From contig CAVXIB010000010.1 of assembly GCA_963761695.1 (NCBI GenBank), positions 69,559 to 133,558 of the forward strand: a stretch of DNA of 64,000 nt, read 5' to 3'. Below the pieces are notes generated by a model that was given only the letters and a program-made list of their open reading frames with translations, was not told the origin of the DNA and searched no databases. Position 1 is the stretch's first letter; the number at the start of each line of letters is the position of its first letter. Positions 18,603 to 27,425 of this stretch are shown here, piece by piece. The DNA is from an uncultured Actinomycetota bacterium. GTDB taxonomy: Bacteria; Actinomycetota; Actinomycetes; Mycobacteriales; SCTD01. Position numbers and translations under genes: made by a program.

Positions 18603-18758
18603 ATGACCGAGATCCCGAGTGGCCCCGCCGACGACAAGACCCTGACCGCTGACGAGGCCCGGGCGGCCTCCCTGCCCGACGACAGCCCGCTGAAGCCCGG
18701 CATCGCCGCCCAGGTGGTCGACCCCGCCACCGGCGAGAGCCACACCGGCGCGCAGTAG
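18603..18758 (+). CDS. Hypothetical small acidic protein (51 aa)
   Basis: ATG 18603. No family recognised. Weak call. Confidence 0.2.
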   Translation: MTEIPSGPADDKTLTADEARAASLPDDSPLKPGIAAQVVDPATGESHTGAQ

Positions 18759-18779
18759 ACCGGTGCGCAGTAGACCGGC

Positions 18780-20330
18780 CTAGGACCCCGCACCCTCCGT
18801 CACCCAGCCCCACTCGTCCAAGACCCGTCCATCCCGGAGCCGCAGCCGATGGTGCCCGTCGTGGACGTCGTGGTGGTGGTGCTCGCAGATGGGCACCAGG
18901 TCCTTCAGCGCGGTCTCCCGGCTCTTCCAGAACGGCTCCGCGTGGTGCGGGACGTCCCCGGGCAGGCCGCAGCCGTTGACGGCGCAGGTGCGTCCCCAGG
19001 CGGCCTGCAGCGCTCGGCGCTCCCGCGGGGTGGCGTGCCGGTGCTTCCCGCCTGCCGCAACCGGTCTGCCCCGGGCGTCGAGGAGAACGGCGGACAGCAG
19101 GCTCCCGCAGGCCAGCCGCCGCAGGTGAGGCGTCGTCAGTGGAACATCGCCCTTCGCCGTCCGCAGCACCCCCGAGGGCGCTCCCGGTCGACCGTCCCAG
19201 GCGTCGAGCGGAGCGATGATCGTCAGCGAGGCGGGGGGTGGGACGCCCGAACCGGGCACCACCGCGGCGAGGTCGGCGAGCAGCTGTCCGAGGGCGTCGT
19301 GCCACTGCTGGTCGTGGGAGCCGAGGGGAGTCCCCTGGACGACCGGGCCGGCACCGCCGGTGAGGTGGTCCTCGAACGCAGCGAGCGGCGTCCCGGGTCC
19401 CGCGGCGCCGAAGCAGTCCGAGCTGTCGCTGCTGTCGGCTGCTCCGATCCCACCCGGTCCGGCGCCGTCCTGTCCCGGCTGCGGCGCGGGCCGTCGCCGC
19501 CGAGCGGTGAGCTCCGCGTGCAGCAGCTGGCCGGTCTCGTCGGTCAGGTGGGCCCGCAGCGACCACCCACCGTCCGAGAGCCTGCGCAGCGTCAGCCCGC
19601 GCGAGCGGTACTCCTGCTCCGCGGCGTCCTGAACGGCGGCCTCCGGCTGCAGGGCGTCGACGAGGACCGAAAGACCCGGCAGCAGCTCGGCGGGCGGTAG
19701 CACCCGCGCGGCGACCACGAAGGCCGGCTCCAGCTGACCGGCGGCCTCCGACCAGCCGTCACTCAGTCCCGCTTGCACGGCCGCGGCCAGGACCTGGCGA
19801 CGACGGTCGAACTCGGCCTCCTGCGCAGCCGTGGGGCTCAGGCAGGCCGCTCCCGCCCAGACCCGCAGCAGGTCACCGAGGCCGTCGACCAGCACCGCCT
19901 CGAGCTGGGATGCCGGGACGCAGGCCGGAACCCGGGCGAGCTCACGGGCGATCAGGGTCGCCGTGCGGACCGACACCTGGCCGTCTGCCAGGGCGGTAGC
20001 CAACAGCGGTCGGTCCGCCAGCAGACGCGCCGCCGACAGCTGCCCCCGGTCACCGCAGGGCAGCGTCCGCAGCCAGGTGCGGGTCGATCCGGCCGCCCGC
20101 TCGCGCCACAGGTCACGGCGCTCGACGTCGGCCACGGCCTGCAGCGCGGCCGCCGCCAGCCGCTCCTGCAGGGCCAGCAGGCTCTCGGCCCGCGCGACCG
20201 CGTCCTGCGGGGCAAGGGCGGTCGGTACGACGGCCAGGGCCTGCTCGACCGCGGCGGTGAGCGCCGCAATGTCAGCCGCGGGACCCTGTGGGGGCTCGGG
20301 CGACGAGGACGGGCCGACGCCGAACGGCAC
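18780..20330 (-). CDS. DUF222 / HNH endonuclease protein (13E12-repeat-family-like selfish gene)
   Basis: The N-terminal DUF222-like region (ESLLALQERLAAAALQAVADVERRDLW...TRTWL) and the C-terminal HNH motif (CAVNGCGLPGDVPHHAEPFW...LVPICEHHHHDVH) are both present. Confidence 0.85.
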   Translation of the reverse strand: MPFGVGPSSSPEPPQGPAADIAALTAAVEQALAVVPTALAPQDAVARAESLLALQERLAAAALQAVADVERRDLWRERAAGSTRTWLRTLPCGDRGQLSAARLLADRPLLATALADGQVSVRTATLIARELARVPACVPASQLEAVLVDGLGDLLRVWAGAACLSPTAAQEAEFDRRRQVLAAAVQAGLSDGWSEAAGQLEPAFVVAARVLPPAELLPGLSVLVDALQPEAAVQDAAEQEYRSRGLTLRRLSDGGWSLRAHLTDETGQLLHAELTARRRRPAPQPGQDGAGPGGIGAADSSDSSDCFGAAGPGTPLAAFEDHLTGGAGPVVQGTPLGSHDQQWHDALGQLLADLAAVVPGSGVPPPASLTIIAPLDAWDGRPGAPSGVLRTAKGDVPLTTPHLRRLACGSLLSAVLLDARGRPVAAGGKHRHATPRERRALQAAWGRTCAVNGCGLPGDVPHHAEPFWKSRETALKDLVPICEHHHHDVHDGHHRLRLRDGRVLDEWGWVTEGAGS

Positions 20331-20790
20331 GCCCGGGCCCGGACAACGCGTGGGCGGCCGGACCGAACGGCACGCCGGGCGCGGACCAGCCGTCGTGTGT
20401 CGCTGCGACCGACATGACTGCCCCCTCCCCGCTCGGTGAGAACAGTGTCTGTCCCGGGTCCGACAGAATCGGGCCGATCCCGGCCGTCCCGATCATCGAG
20501 TTGGACATCGTTTCGGGCGCCCCGAGCGAGACCGCACCGCACCCCACGCGTAGCACCGTCGGGGACCGCACGCCGCACCGTCCGCGACAGGACGCACCCA
20601 GACGAAGGACCAGCCCGAGACCGACGTCGTCAATACGCCCCTCGGCGACGTCTCCGACGCAGGACAGAGCTCCGGGACGACGACTGGGTGCAGACCGTCG
20701 CGTTGCTGCGCCAGCCGTACTGCCCAGGGACATGGGTCAGGGGCGTGTAGCGACACGGCCCAGGGCAGGTGGGTGAGCTGAACGACCCTG

Positions 20791-21780
20791 CTAGCGCAGC
20801 CACCCCGCGGCCTCGGTGGCCCAGTAGGTGAGGATCGTGCCCGCGCCGGCCCGCCGGATGCCCACGAGCTGCTCGAGGATGATGCGCTCCCGGTCGATCC
20901 AGCCCCGCGCGGCGGCCGCCTCGACCATCGCGTACTCGCCGCTCACCTGGTAGGCCGCCACCGGCACATCCACGGCCTCGGCGACCGCGCGCACGACGTC
21001 GAGGTAGGCCCCCGCGGGCTTGACCATGACCGCATCGGCGCCCTCGGACACGTCCTGCAGGGCCTCCCGCACGCCCTCGTCGGCGCCGCGGGCGCCGTCC
21101 TGCTGGTAGCTGCTGCGGTCACCGAAGCTCGGTGCGCACTCGGCGGCGTCGCGGAACGGTCCGTAGTAGGCGCTGGCGTACTTCGTGGAGTACGACCAGA
21201 TGGGGACGTCGAGGAACCCGGCGGCGTCGAGTCCGGCGCGGATCGCGGTGACCTGGCCGTCCATCATCCCGCTGGGGGCGACCACCTGCGAGCCCGCCCG
21301 GGCCTGCGCGACAGCCGCCGAGGCGTACCGGACGAGGGTCGCGTCGTTGTCGACCTCGCCGTCGTCGGTGAGCAGGCCGCAGTGGCCGTGGTCGGTGTAC
21401 TCGTCCAGGCACAGGTCGCTCATGACGACCAGGGCGTCCCCCACCTCGGCGACCACGTCGGCGAGCGCCTGCTGCACGATGCCGTCCGGGTCGTCGGCCC
21501 CGCTGCCGCGGGCGTCCTTCACCGCCGGGATGCCGAACAGGATGACCCCGCCGACGCCGGCCTGCGCCGCGTCGTGCGCCGCTGCCCGCACCGAGTCGCG
21601 AGTGTGCTGCACGACGCCGGGCATCGAGGCGATCGGCGCCGGGGCGTCGATGCCCTCCTTGACGAACACGGGCAGCACCAGGTCGGACGGCCGCACGTGC
21701 ACGTCGGCCACCAGCCGACGCAGCGCCGGGGTGCGGCGCAGGCGTCGCGGCCGCGGACCGCTCCAGGCAGGGGGAGTCAT
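20791..21780 (-). CDS. hemB: Porphobilinogen synthase (delta-aminolevulinate dehydratase)
   Basis: RRLRRTPALRRLV...DLVLPVFV, active-site MVKPA and YQVSGEYAM motifs. ATG overlaps the upstream stop. Confidence 0.95.
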   Translation of the reverse strand: MTPPAWSGPRPRRLRRTPALRRLVADVHVRPSDLVLPVFVKEGIDAPAPIASMPGVVQHTRDSVRAAAHDAAQAGVGGVILFGIPAVKDARGSGADDPDGIVQQALADVVAEVGDALVVMSDLCLDEYTDHGHCGLLTDDGEVDNDATLVRYASAAVAQARAGSQVVAPSGMMDGQVTAIRAGLDAAGFLDVPIWSYSTKYASAYYGPFRDAAECAPSFGDRSSYQQDGARGADEGVREALQDVSEGADAVMVKPAGAYLDVVRAVAEAVDVPVAAYQVSGEYAMVEAAAARGWIDRERIILEQLVGIRRAGAGTILTYWATEAAGWLR

Positions 21781-23339
21781 CGCTGCGCCTTGGCCGCCTT
21801 GGCCAGCTTCTTGCGACGCGCGGCCGACGGCAGGCCGCCCTCGCGCTGCGCGGCATGCTCGGCGAGCGCCTCGACCAGGGCGCCGATCTCGGGCTGCGGC
21901 GCCACGACGTCGACCCGCAGCCCGAGCTCCTGCGCGGTGGCCACGGTGGCCGGCCCGATGCAGGCGAGCACCGTCGACTCGTGCGGCTTGCCGGCGATGC
22001 CGACGAGGTTGCGCACCGTGGACGACGACGTGAACAGCACAGCGTCGAACCCGCCGCCCTTGAGGGCCTCGCGGGTCTCCGCGGCCGGCGGGGCGGCCCG
22101 CACGGTGCGGTAGGCCGTCACGTCGTCCACCTGCCAGCCGAGGTCCCGAAGGCCCGCGAGCAGCGTGTCGGTGGCGATGTCGGCACGCGGCAGCAGCACC
22201 CGGTCGAGGGGGTCGAAGACGCTGTCGTGGGCCTGCCAGTCGGCGAGCAGCCCCTCGGAGGACTGCTGGCCCGAGGGCACGAGGTCGGGGCGGACGCCGA
22301 ACTCGACCAGGGCGGCAGCGGTGGCGTCCCCGACGGCGGCCACCTTCACCCCGGCGAGGCTGCGCGCGTCGAGACCGAACTCCTCGAGCTTCTCCCGCAC
22401 GGCCTTGACGGCGTTGGTCGAGGTGAAGGCGACCCAGAGGTAGCGCCCGGTGACCAGACCGCGCACGGCGCGCTCCATCGGCGCGGGGGTCCGGGGCGGC
22501 TCGACCGCGATGGTCGGCACCTCCACCGGGATCGCCCCGTGCCCGCGCAGGGCCTGGCTGAGCACCCCGGCCTGGTCGCGCGTGCGCGGCACGAGGACGC
22601 GCCAGCCGTACAGGGGCCGCGACTCGTACCAGCCGAGCCGGTCGACCTTCTTGACCGCGGCACCGACGACGACGACGACCTCGCCGGACAGCTCGCCGGT
22701 CTCGGCGTCGGCGGCGTCGAGGGTGGTGACGACCGTGCGCTGCTCGTCGCCGGTGCCCCCGGCGGTGACGGCGACCGCCTCGGTGGGCTTGCGGCCGTGC
22801 TCGACGAGCGCGCTGGCCGCCTTGCCGACCTCGCTCGCGTCACCGAGGAGCACCAGCGTGCCGGGGGCGGCGGCCAGGCCGCGCCAGTCGGTGGTGTCGC
22901 CCAGGCGCGCGACCGTCCGGGGCAGTCCCACGGGCACGCCGGCCAGAGCGGGGACGGCGACCGGTGCGGGCACGCCCGGCACCACTTCCAGGCGCAGCTT
23001 GGCCCGGACGACGGCCTCGGCCTCGGGAGCCCCCTGCGGCGTCGCGTACGGGTCGCCGGGTAGCAGGCGGACGACCGACCGGCCGGCCTTGGCCGCGGCC
23101 ACGATCTGGGCACCCTGCGGCTCGCCGGCCGCCGTGACGACGACCTCGGCGGTCGCGCCGATCCGCCCGAGCACCCCGCCGCTGACGCACTCGTCGACGA
23201 GCACCAGGTCGGCGCCGGCGAGGACCTCGGCGGCCCGCAGGGTCAGCAGGCCGGGGCTGCCGGCGCCGGCGCCGACGAGCGCGACGCCACCGAGCACCTT
23301 CCGGGCGGTCTTCTTGGGGCTGCTGGGGGCGGCGGTCAT
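21777..23339 (-). CDS. Bifunctional uroporphyrinogen-III C-methyltransferase / uroporphyrinogen-III synthase
   Basis: N-terminal TP-methylase domain ([29 protein letters not shown]...LLPGDPY) fused to a HemD domain ([12 protein letters not shown]...[12 protein letters not shown]). ATG 23339 overlaps the hemC stop. Confidence 0.9.
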   Translation of the reverse strand: MTAAPSSPKKTARKVLGGVALVGAGAGSPGLLTLRAAEVLAGADLVLVDECVSGGVLGRIGATAEVVVTAAGEPQGAQIVAAAKAGRSVVRLLPGDPYATPQGAPEAEAVVRAKLRLEVVPGVPAPVAVPALAGVPVGLPRTVARLGDTTDWRGLAAAPGTLVLLGDASEVGKAASALVEHGRKPTEAVAVTAGGTGDEQRTVVTTLDAADAETGELSGEVVVVVGAAVKKVDRLGWYESRPLYGWRVLVPRTRDQAGVLSQALRGHGAIPVEVPTIAVEPPRTPAPMERAVRGLVTGRYLWVAFTSTNAVKAVREKLEEFGLDARSLAGVKVAAVGDATAAALVEFGVRPDLVPSGQQSSEGLLADWQAHDSVFDPLDRVLLPRADIATDTLLAGLRDLGWQVDDVTAYRTVRAAPPAAETREALKGGGFDAVLFTSSSTVRNLVGIAGKPHESTVLACIGPATVATAQELGLRVDVVAPQPEIGALVEALAEHAAQREGGLPSAARRKKLAKAAKAQR

Positions 23340-24265
23340 GCGGTTCCTCCGGGGACGGGGACGTCGTTCATCAGGTCTGCGGCACCGAGGTCGAGCAGCT
23401 CGGCGGCCAGGCGGCGTCCGATCCCCTCGGCGTCGGCCACGGGTCCGGTCGCGGACAGGCGCAGGGCGTCGCTGCCGTCCGGGGCGAGGACGAGGCCGCG
23501 CAGGAACACCTCGTCGCCGTCGTCGCCCTCGGCGACCTCGGCGAGGGCGCCCACCGGTGCGGTGCAGCCGGCCTCGAGGGCGCCGAGCAGGGCACGCTCC
23601 GCGGCGACGGCCGTGCGGGTGTCGGCGTGGTCCAGCCGTTCGAGCAGGGCGATCATCTCGACGTCGTCGGCGCGGCACTCCACCGCGAGGGCGCCCTGCG
23701 CCGGCGCGGGCAGCAGCTGCAGCGGGTCGAGGACCTCGGTCACCTCGTCCAGGCGGCCGAGCCGCGCCAGGCCGGCCCGGGCGAGGACCACGGCGTCGAG
23801 CGCCCCGCTGGTGACGAAACCGATGCGGGTGTCGACGTTGCCACGCACCGGCACGACCTCGAACCCGAGCCCGAGCGCCTGCAGCTGCGCCGTGCGGCGC
23901 GGGGACCCAGTACCGATCCGCGCGCCTGCGGGCAGCTCGCCGAGCGAGCGCCCACCGGAGGCGACGAGCACGTCGCGGGGGTCCTCGCGGGGCGGCACCG
24001 CGGCGATCACGAGCCCGGGAGCGGGCGCGGTGGGGAGGTCCTTGAAGGAGTGCACGGCGAGGTCGCACTCCCCGCGCAGCAGCGCCTCACGCAGAGCGGT
24101 GACGAAGACCCCGGTCCCGCCGATCTGGGCGATCGCGGCCGACGACGTGTCGCCGGAGGTCACCACCCGGTGCAGCTCGACGTCGGCGCCGAGGGCGCGC
24201 AGCGCGTCCGCCACGTGACCGGACTGGGTCAGCGCGAGGGCGCTGCCGCGCGTGCCGAGCCTCAT
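23336..24265 (-). CDS. hemC: Hydroxymethylbilane synthase (porphobilinogen deaminase)
   Basis: [14 protein letters not shown]..., [19 protein letters not shown] and the cofactor cysteine context [11 protein letters not shown]. Confidence 0.95.
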   Translation of the reverse strand: MRLGTRGSALALTQSGHVADALRALGADVELHRVVTSGDTSSAAIAQIGGTGVFVTALREALLRGECDLAVHSFKDLPTAPAPGLVIAAVPPREDPRDVLVASGGRSLGELPAGARIGTGSPRRTAQLQALGLGFEVVPVRGNVDTRIGFVTSGALDAVVLARAGLARLGRLDEVTEVLDPLQLLPAPAQGALAVECRADDVEMIALLERLDHADTRTAVAAERALLGALEAGCTAPVGALAEVAEGDDGDEVFLRGLVLAPDGSDALRLSATGPVADAEGIGRRLAAELLDLGAADLMNDVPVPGGTA

Positions 24266-25552
24266 GACAGCTCCAGCCCGGTGGCCACGACCGCGGCCGG
24301 GGTCTTGCGGTCGAGGCCGAACAGCTCGTGCAGGGCCTCGGTGTAGACGCCGCCGTTGGTGTCGGCCAGCTCCTTCACCCGCACGGTGGGGGTGTGCAGC
24401 AGCTTGTCGACGACGCGGCGTACCGCCTGCTCGACCTCGGCGCGGTCGTGGTCGGACAGCCCCGGGGCGCGCCCGGTCAGACGGGTCGAGCTCGGCCGCC
24501 ACCACCGACTCGGCCCGGGCCCGCAGCGCCGCCACGGTCGGCGCGACGCGGGAGGCCCGCTGCCAGGACAGGAACTTGCCGACCTCCTCCGCGACGATCG
24601 CGCGGACCGCCTCGACGTCGGCTCCGGCCGAGGTGCCCTTCAGCACCTGGCCGAGCTGCTCGAGGTCGACCAGGGTGACGCCGTCGAGCCCCGCCACCGA
24701 CGCCTCGACGTCGCGGGGGAGCGCCAGGTCGAGCAGCGCGAGCGGTCGGCCACCCCGGCGGGCCACCGCCCGGGCCACGAGCGCCTCGGACAGCACCACG
24801 CCGGTGGCACCGGTCGACGAGACGACGACGTCGGCCTCGACCAACGCGTCCTCCAGGGCCTCCAGACCCACGGCGCGGCCTTCGAGCGAGGTCGCGAGGC
24901 GGGCGGCGTTGTCCAGGCTCCGGTTGGCGACGACGACGTCGGTGACGCCGCCCCGGCGCAGGGTCGCACCCGCGAGCGCGCCCATCGACCCGGCGCCCAC
25001 GATCAGCGCGGCCCGCCCCTCGAGCGGACCGACGACGGCCATGGCGTGCTCGAGGCCGACCGTGACGAGCGACCGCCCGGCGGCGTCGATGCCGGTCTCG
25101 CTGTGGGCGCGCTTGCCGACATTGAGCGCCTTCTGGAACAGCTCGTGCAGGGTGCGGCCGGCCCCCTCGGCAGCCGACCCGTAGGAGCGCCGCAGCTGGC
25201 CGAGGATCTGCGCCTCACCCACGACCATCGAGTCCAGGCCGCAGGCCACCTGGAACAGGTGCAGCACCGCCTGGTCCTCGTAGTGCACGTACAGGTGCTT
25301 CTTGAGCTCCTCGAGGCTGACCCCGCTTTTCGCCACCAGCAGGTCGGTCACCTCGTCGAGGCCGCCGTGGAAGGTGGCGACGTCGGCGTAGACCTCCACC
25401 CGGTTGCAGGTCGACAGCAGGACGGCCTCGCCGACGACGTCGCCCCGCAGCTCCTGGGCCAGCGCCCCGGAGTCGCCGACCCCGACGGTCACCTTCTCCA
25501 GCAGCGAGACCGGGGCGCTGCGGTGCGAGACCCCCACGATGAGCACGCTCAT
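24262..25552 (-). pseudogene. hemA: Glutamyl-tRNA reductase, one extra base as sequenced (frameshift at 24483-24485)
   Basis: The first ~350 aa are intact ([20 protein letters not shown]...[10 protein letters not shown]...GAGSMG...). After ...VVAAELD the conserved tail [41 protein letters not shown]...GLELS* continues in the +1 frame and ends in an ATGA overlap with hemC. Length is 1291 nt. Confidence 0.85.
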
Positions 25553-26379
25553 GCGGTGACCCTCGCGGCGCTCTTGCGGTGCTCGTGGAAGCTCAGGATC
25601 TGCAGCTCGAGCGCGAGGTCGACCTTGCGGACGTCCACCCCGTCCGGCACCTGCAGCACGACCGGCGCGAAGTTCAGGACGCTGGTGACCCCCGCCGCCA
25701 CGAGCCGGTCGCACACCGCCTGCGCGGCCCCCGCCGGTGTCGCGATGACGCCGATGCTGACCCCCGTCTCGGCGACCACGCGCTCGAGCTCGGACAGCGG
25801 GAGCACCGTCTGACCGGCCACGCGCTCGCCCACCCGGGCGGGGTCGACGTCGAGCAGGGCCGCCATGCGAAAGCCGCGTCCGGCGAAGCCGCCGTAGCCG
25901 GCGAGGGCGTGGCCCAGGTTGCCGACGCCGACCAGCACCACCGACCAGCCCTCGGTGAGCCCCAGCTCGCGGCTGATGTGGAAGACCAGCTCCTGCACCT
26001 CGTAGCCGACGCCCCGGGTGCCGTAGGACCCCAGGTGCGACAGGTCCTTGCGGACCTTCGCCGAACCGACACCGGCCCGCTCGGCCAACCCCTCGCTGCT
26101 CACCGTGGTGCGGCCCGACTCGGCCAGCTCGTGCAGCGCGCGCAGGTACACCGGCAGCCGGGCCACGGTCGCCTCGGGCACCGCGCGGCTGCGACTGCGG
26201 ACGGCGGCGTCGGGCTCCTGGTCGGCGCCGGGGTCGGGCTGCGGTGCGGCGTCGAGCTGCGGGCCGGCGTCGAGCTGCGGGCCGGCGTCGGGCTGCGGGC
26301 CGGCGTCGGGCTGCGGGCCGGCGTCGGGCTGCGGCGCGGCTCTGCCGTCCGGCCGGACGCGCGGCGCGTGCTCAGACAC
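25549..26379 (-). CDS. rex: Redox-sensing transcriptional repressor Rex with a repeat-containing N-terminal extension
   Basis: The core [16 protein letters not shown]...[12 protein letters not shown]...VLNFAP is typical Rex. Its stop overlaps the hemA start. The N-terminus carries [12 protein letters not shown] hexapeptide repeats. Confidence 0.9.
   Translation of the reverse strand: MSEHAPRVRPDGRAAPQPDAGPQPDAGPQPDAGPQLDAGPQLDAAPQPDPGADQEPDAAVRSRSRAVPEATVARLPVYLRALHELAESGRTTVSSEGLAERAGVGSAKVRKDLSHLGSYGTRGVGYEVQELVFHISRELGLTEGWSVVLVGVGNLGHALAGYGGFAGRGFRMAALLDVDPARVGERVAGQTVLPLSELERVVAETGVSIGVIATPAGAAQAVCDRLVAAGVTSVLNFAPVVLQVPDGVDVRKVDLALELQILSFHEHRKSAARVTA
26230..26340 (-). repeat. 18-bp in-frame tandem repeat (about 6 units) inside the 5' end of rex
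   Basis: Units ggcgtcg(a/g)gctgcgg(g/c)(c/g)c at 26248, 26266, 26284, 26302 and 26320, plus a degenerate unit before them. They encode (P-Q-P/L-D-A-G)n. Confidence 0.85.
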
Positions 26380-26455
26380 GGGCGGCTGACACGGACGGCT
26401 CCTGCCGGCCGCACTGCGGCCGCGACGAAGGACGGGGTGGGCTCAGATTACGCGC

Positions 26456-26474
26456 TTGTGAACGCGTGCACGAA
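26456..26474. promoter_or_regulatory. Rex operator (ROP-like inverted repeat) upstream of rex-hem operon
   Basis: TTGTGAACGCGTGCACGAA versus the Streptomyces ROP consensus TTGTGAACGCGTTCACAA. It lies about 77 nt upstream of the rex start. Confidence 0.65.
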
Positions 26475-26606
26475 GTCCTGTCGCGGAGGTCACAGCCACC
26501 CCTGTCTCCGCCGTCCGGCCACCTCCTCGGCCTCCTCGCCCGCCGACCCCTCCTCGCACACCCCTCCCCGCAGACCCCGTCCCGCAGACCCCTTCCCGCA
26601 GACCCT

Positions 26607-27045
26607 CCCCGCTGCGTCAGGGTCCGGGCAGCCGCCCACGCTCCCGATCCCCTGACGCAAGGGAGCTCCGGCCTGGGCCAGCGCTCCGCCGATGCCCCTC
26701 CCCGTCGCCCACCCCGCTGCGTCAGGGTCCGGGCAGCCGCCCACGCTCCCGATCCCCTGACGCAAGGGAGCTCCGGCCTGGACGAGCCCAGGGCAACCCC
26801 GCTGCGTCAGGGTCCTGGCAGCGGCCCACGCTGCCGATCCCCTGACGCAAGGGGGCTCCGGTCGGGCCAGTGCTCCGCCGATGCCTCTCCCCGTCGCCAA
26901 CCGCACTGCGTCAGGGTCTGGGCAGCGGCCCACGCTCCCGATGCCCTGACGCAGGGGCTTCCGGCCTGGACGAGCCCAAGGGGACCCCCGCTACGTCAGG
27001 GTCTGGGCAGCGGGCCACGCTCCAGAAGTTCTGACGCAAAGCGAT
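26607..27045. repeat. Array of five palindrome-containing repeat units (alternating ~105/85-bp spacing, i.e. a ~190-bp super-unit x2.5)
   Basis: Each unit has the form ccccgctgcgtcaggg-N27-ccctgacgcaaggg (arms gcgtcaggg / ccctgacgc). Units start near 26607, 26712, 26797, 26901 and 26986. Confidence 0.8.
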
Positions 27046-27167
27046 CCGCGGGGCAGGGACGACGGCGGCAAGGCCAACCGCGGAACAGGGACGACGGCGG
27101 CAAGGCGAACCGCGGGGCAGGCGAACCGCGGGGCAGGGACAACCGCGGCGCGGAAACGGCGAGGCGG

Positions 27168-27425
27168 TCAGCCGCGCAGGGCCCGGCGCAGGACCCGCTC
27201 GTCGACCTGCCAGTAGGCGTGCTCGACCCCGTCGAGGAGCACGACGGGGACCCGGTCGGTCCAGGTCGCCCGCAGGGTCGCGTCCGCGTCGACGTCGAGC
27301 ACCTGCAGGACCAGCCCCGCATCGGTCGCGGCCCGGCGCACCACCGGCTCGGCCGCCTCGCACAGGGTGCACCCCGCGCGGGTCACGAGAGCGATGCTCG
27401 ACGGCGGGCGCCGGCGGCGGAGCAC
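27168..27425 (-). CDS. Glutaredoxin-like small protein (DUF836-type, CxxC)
   Basis: VTRAGCTLCEAAEPVV...VPVVLLDGVEHAYWQVDE. Its start abuts the stop of the upstream acyl-CoA synthetase gene. Confidence 0.65.
   Translation of the reverse strand: MLRRRRPPSSIALVTRAGCTLCEAAEPVVRRAATDAGLVLQVLDVDADATLRATWTDRVPVVLLDGVEHAYWQVDERVLRRALRG

Noticed and set aside
21777-24068. 763-codon version of the cobA/hemD fusion
   Set aside because: The extension upstream of ATG 23339 is an off-frame reading of hemC. The ATGA overlap at 23336-23339 marks the real junction.
26607-27045. Possible CRISPR array
   Set aside because: The spacers are themselves repeated (two alternating types), the spacing alternates ~105/85 bp, the units contain long-loop palindromes, and there are no cas genes nearby. 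This is a tandemly duplicated repeat element, not CRISPR.
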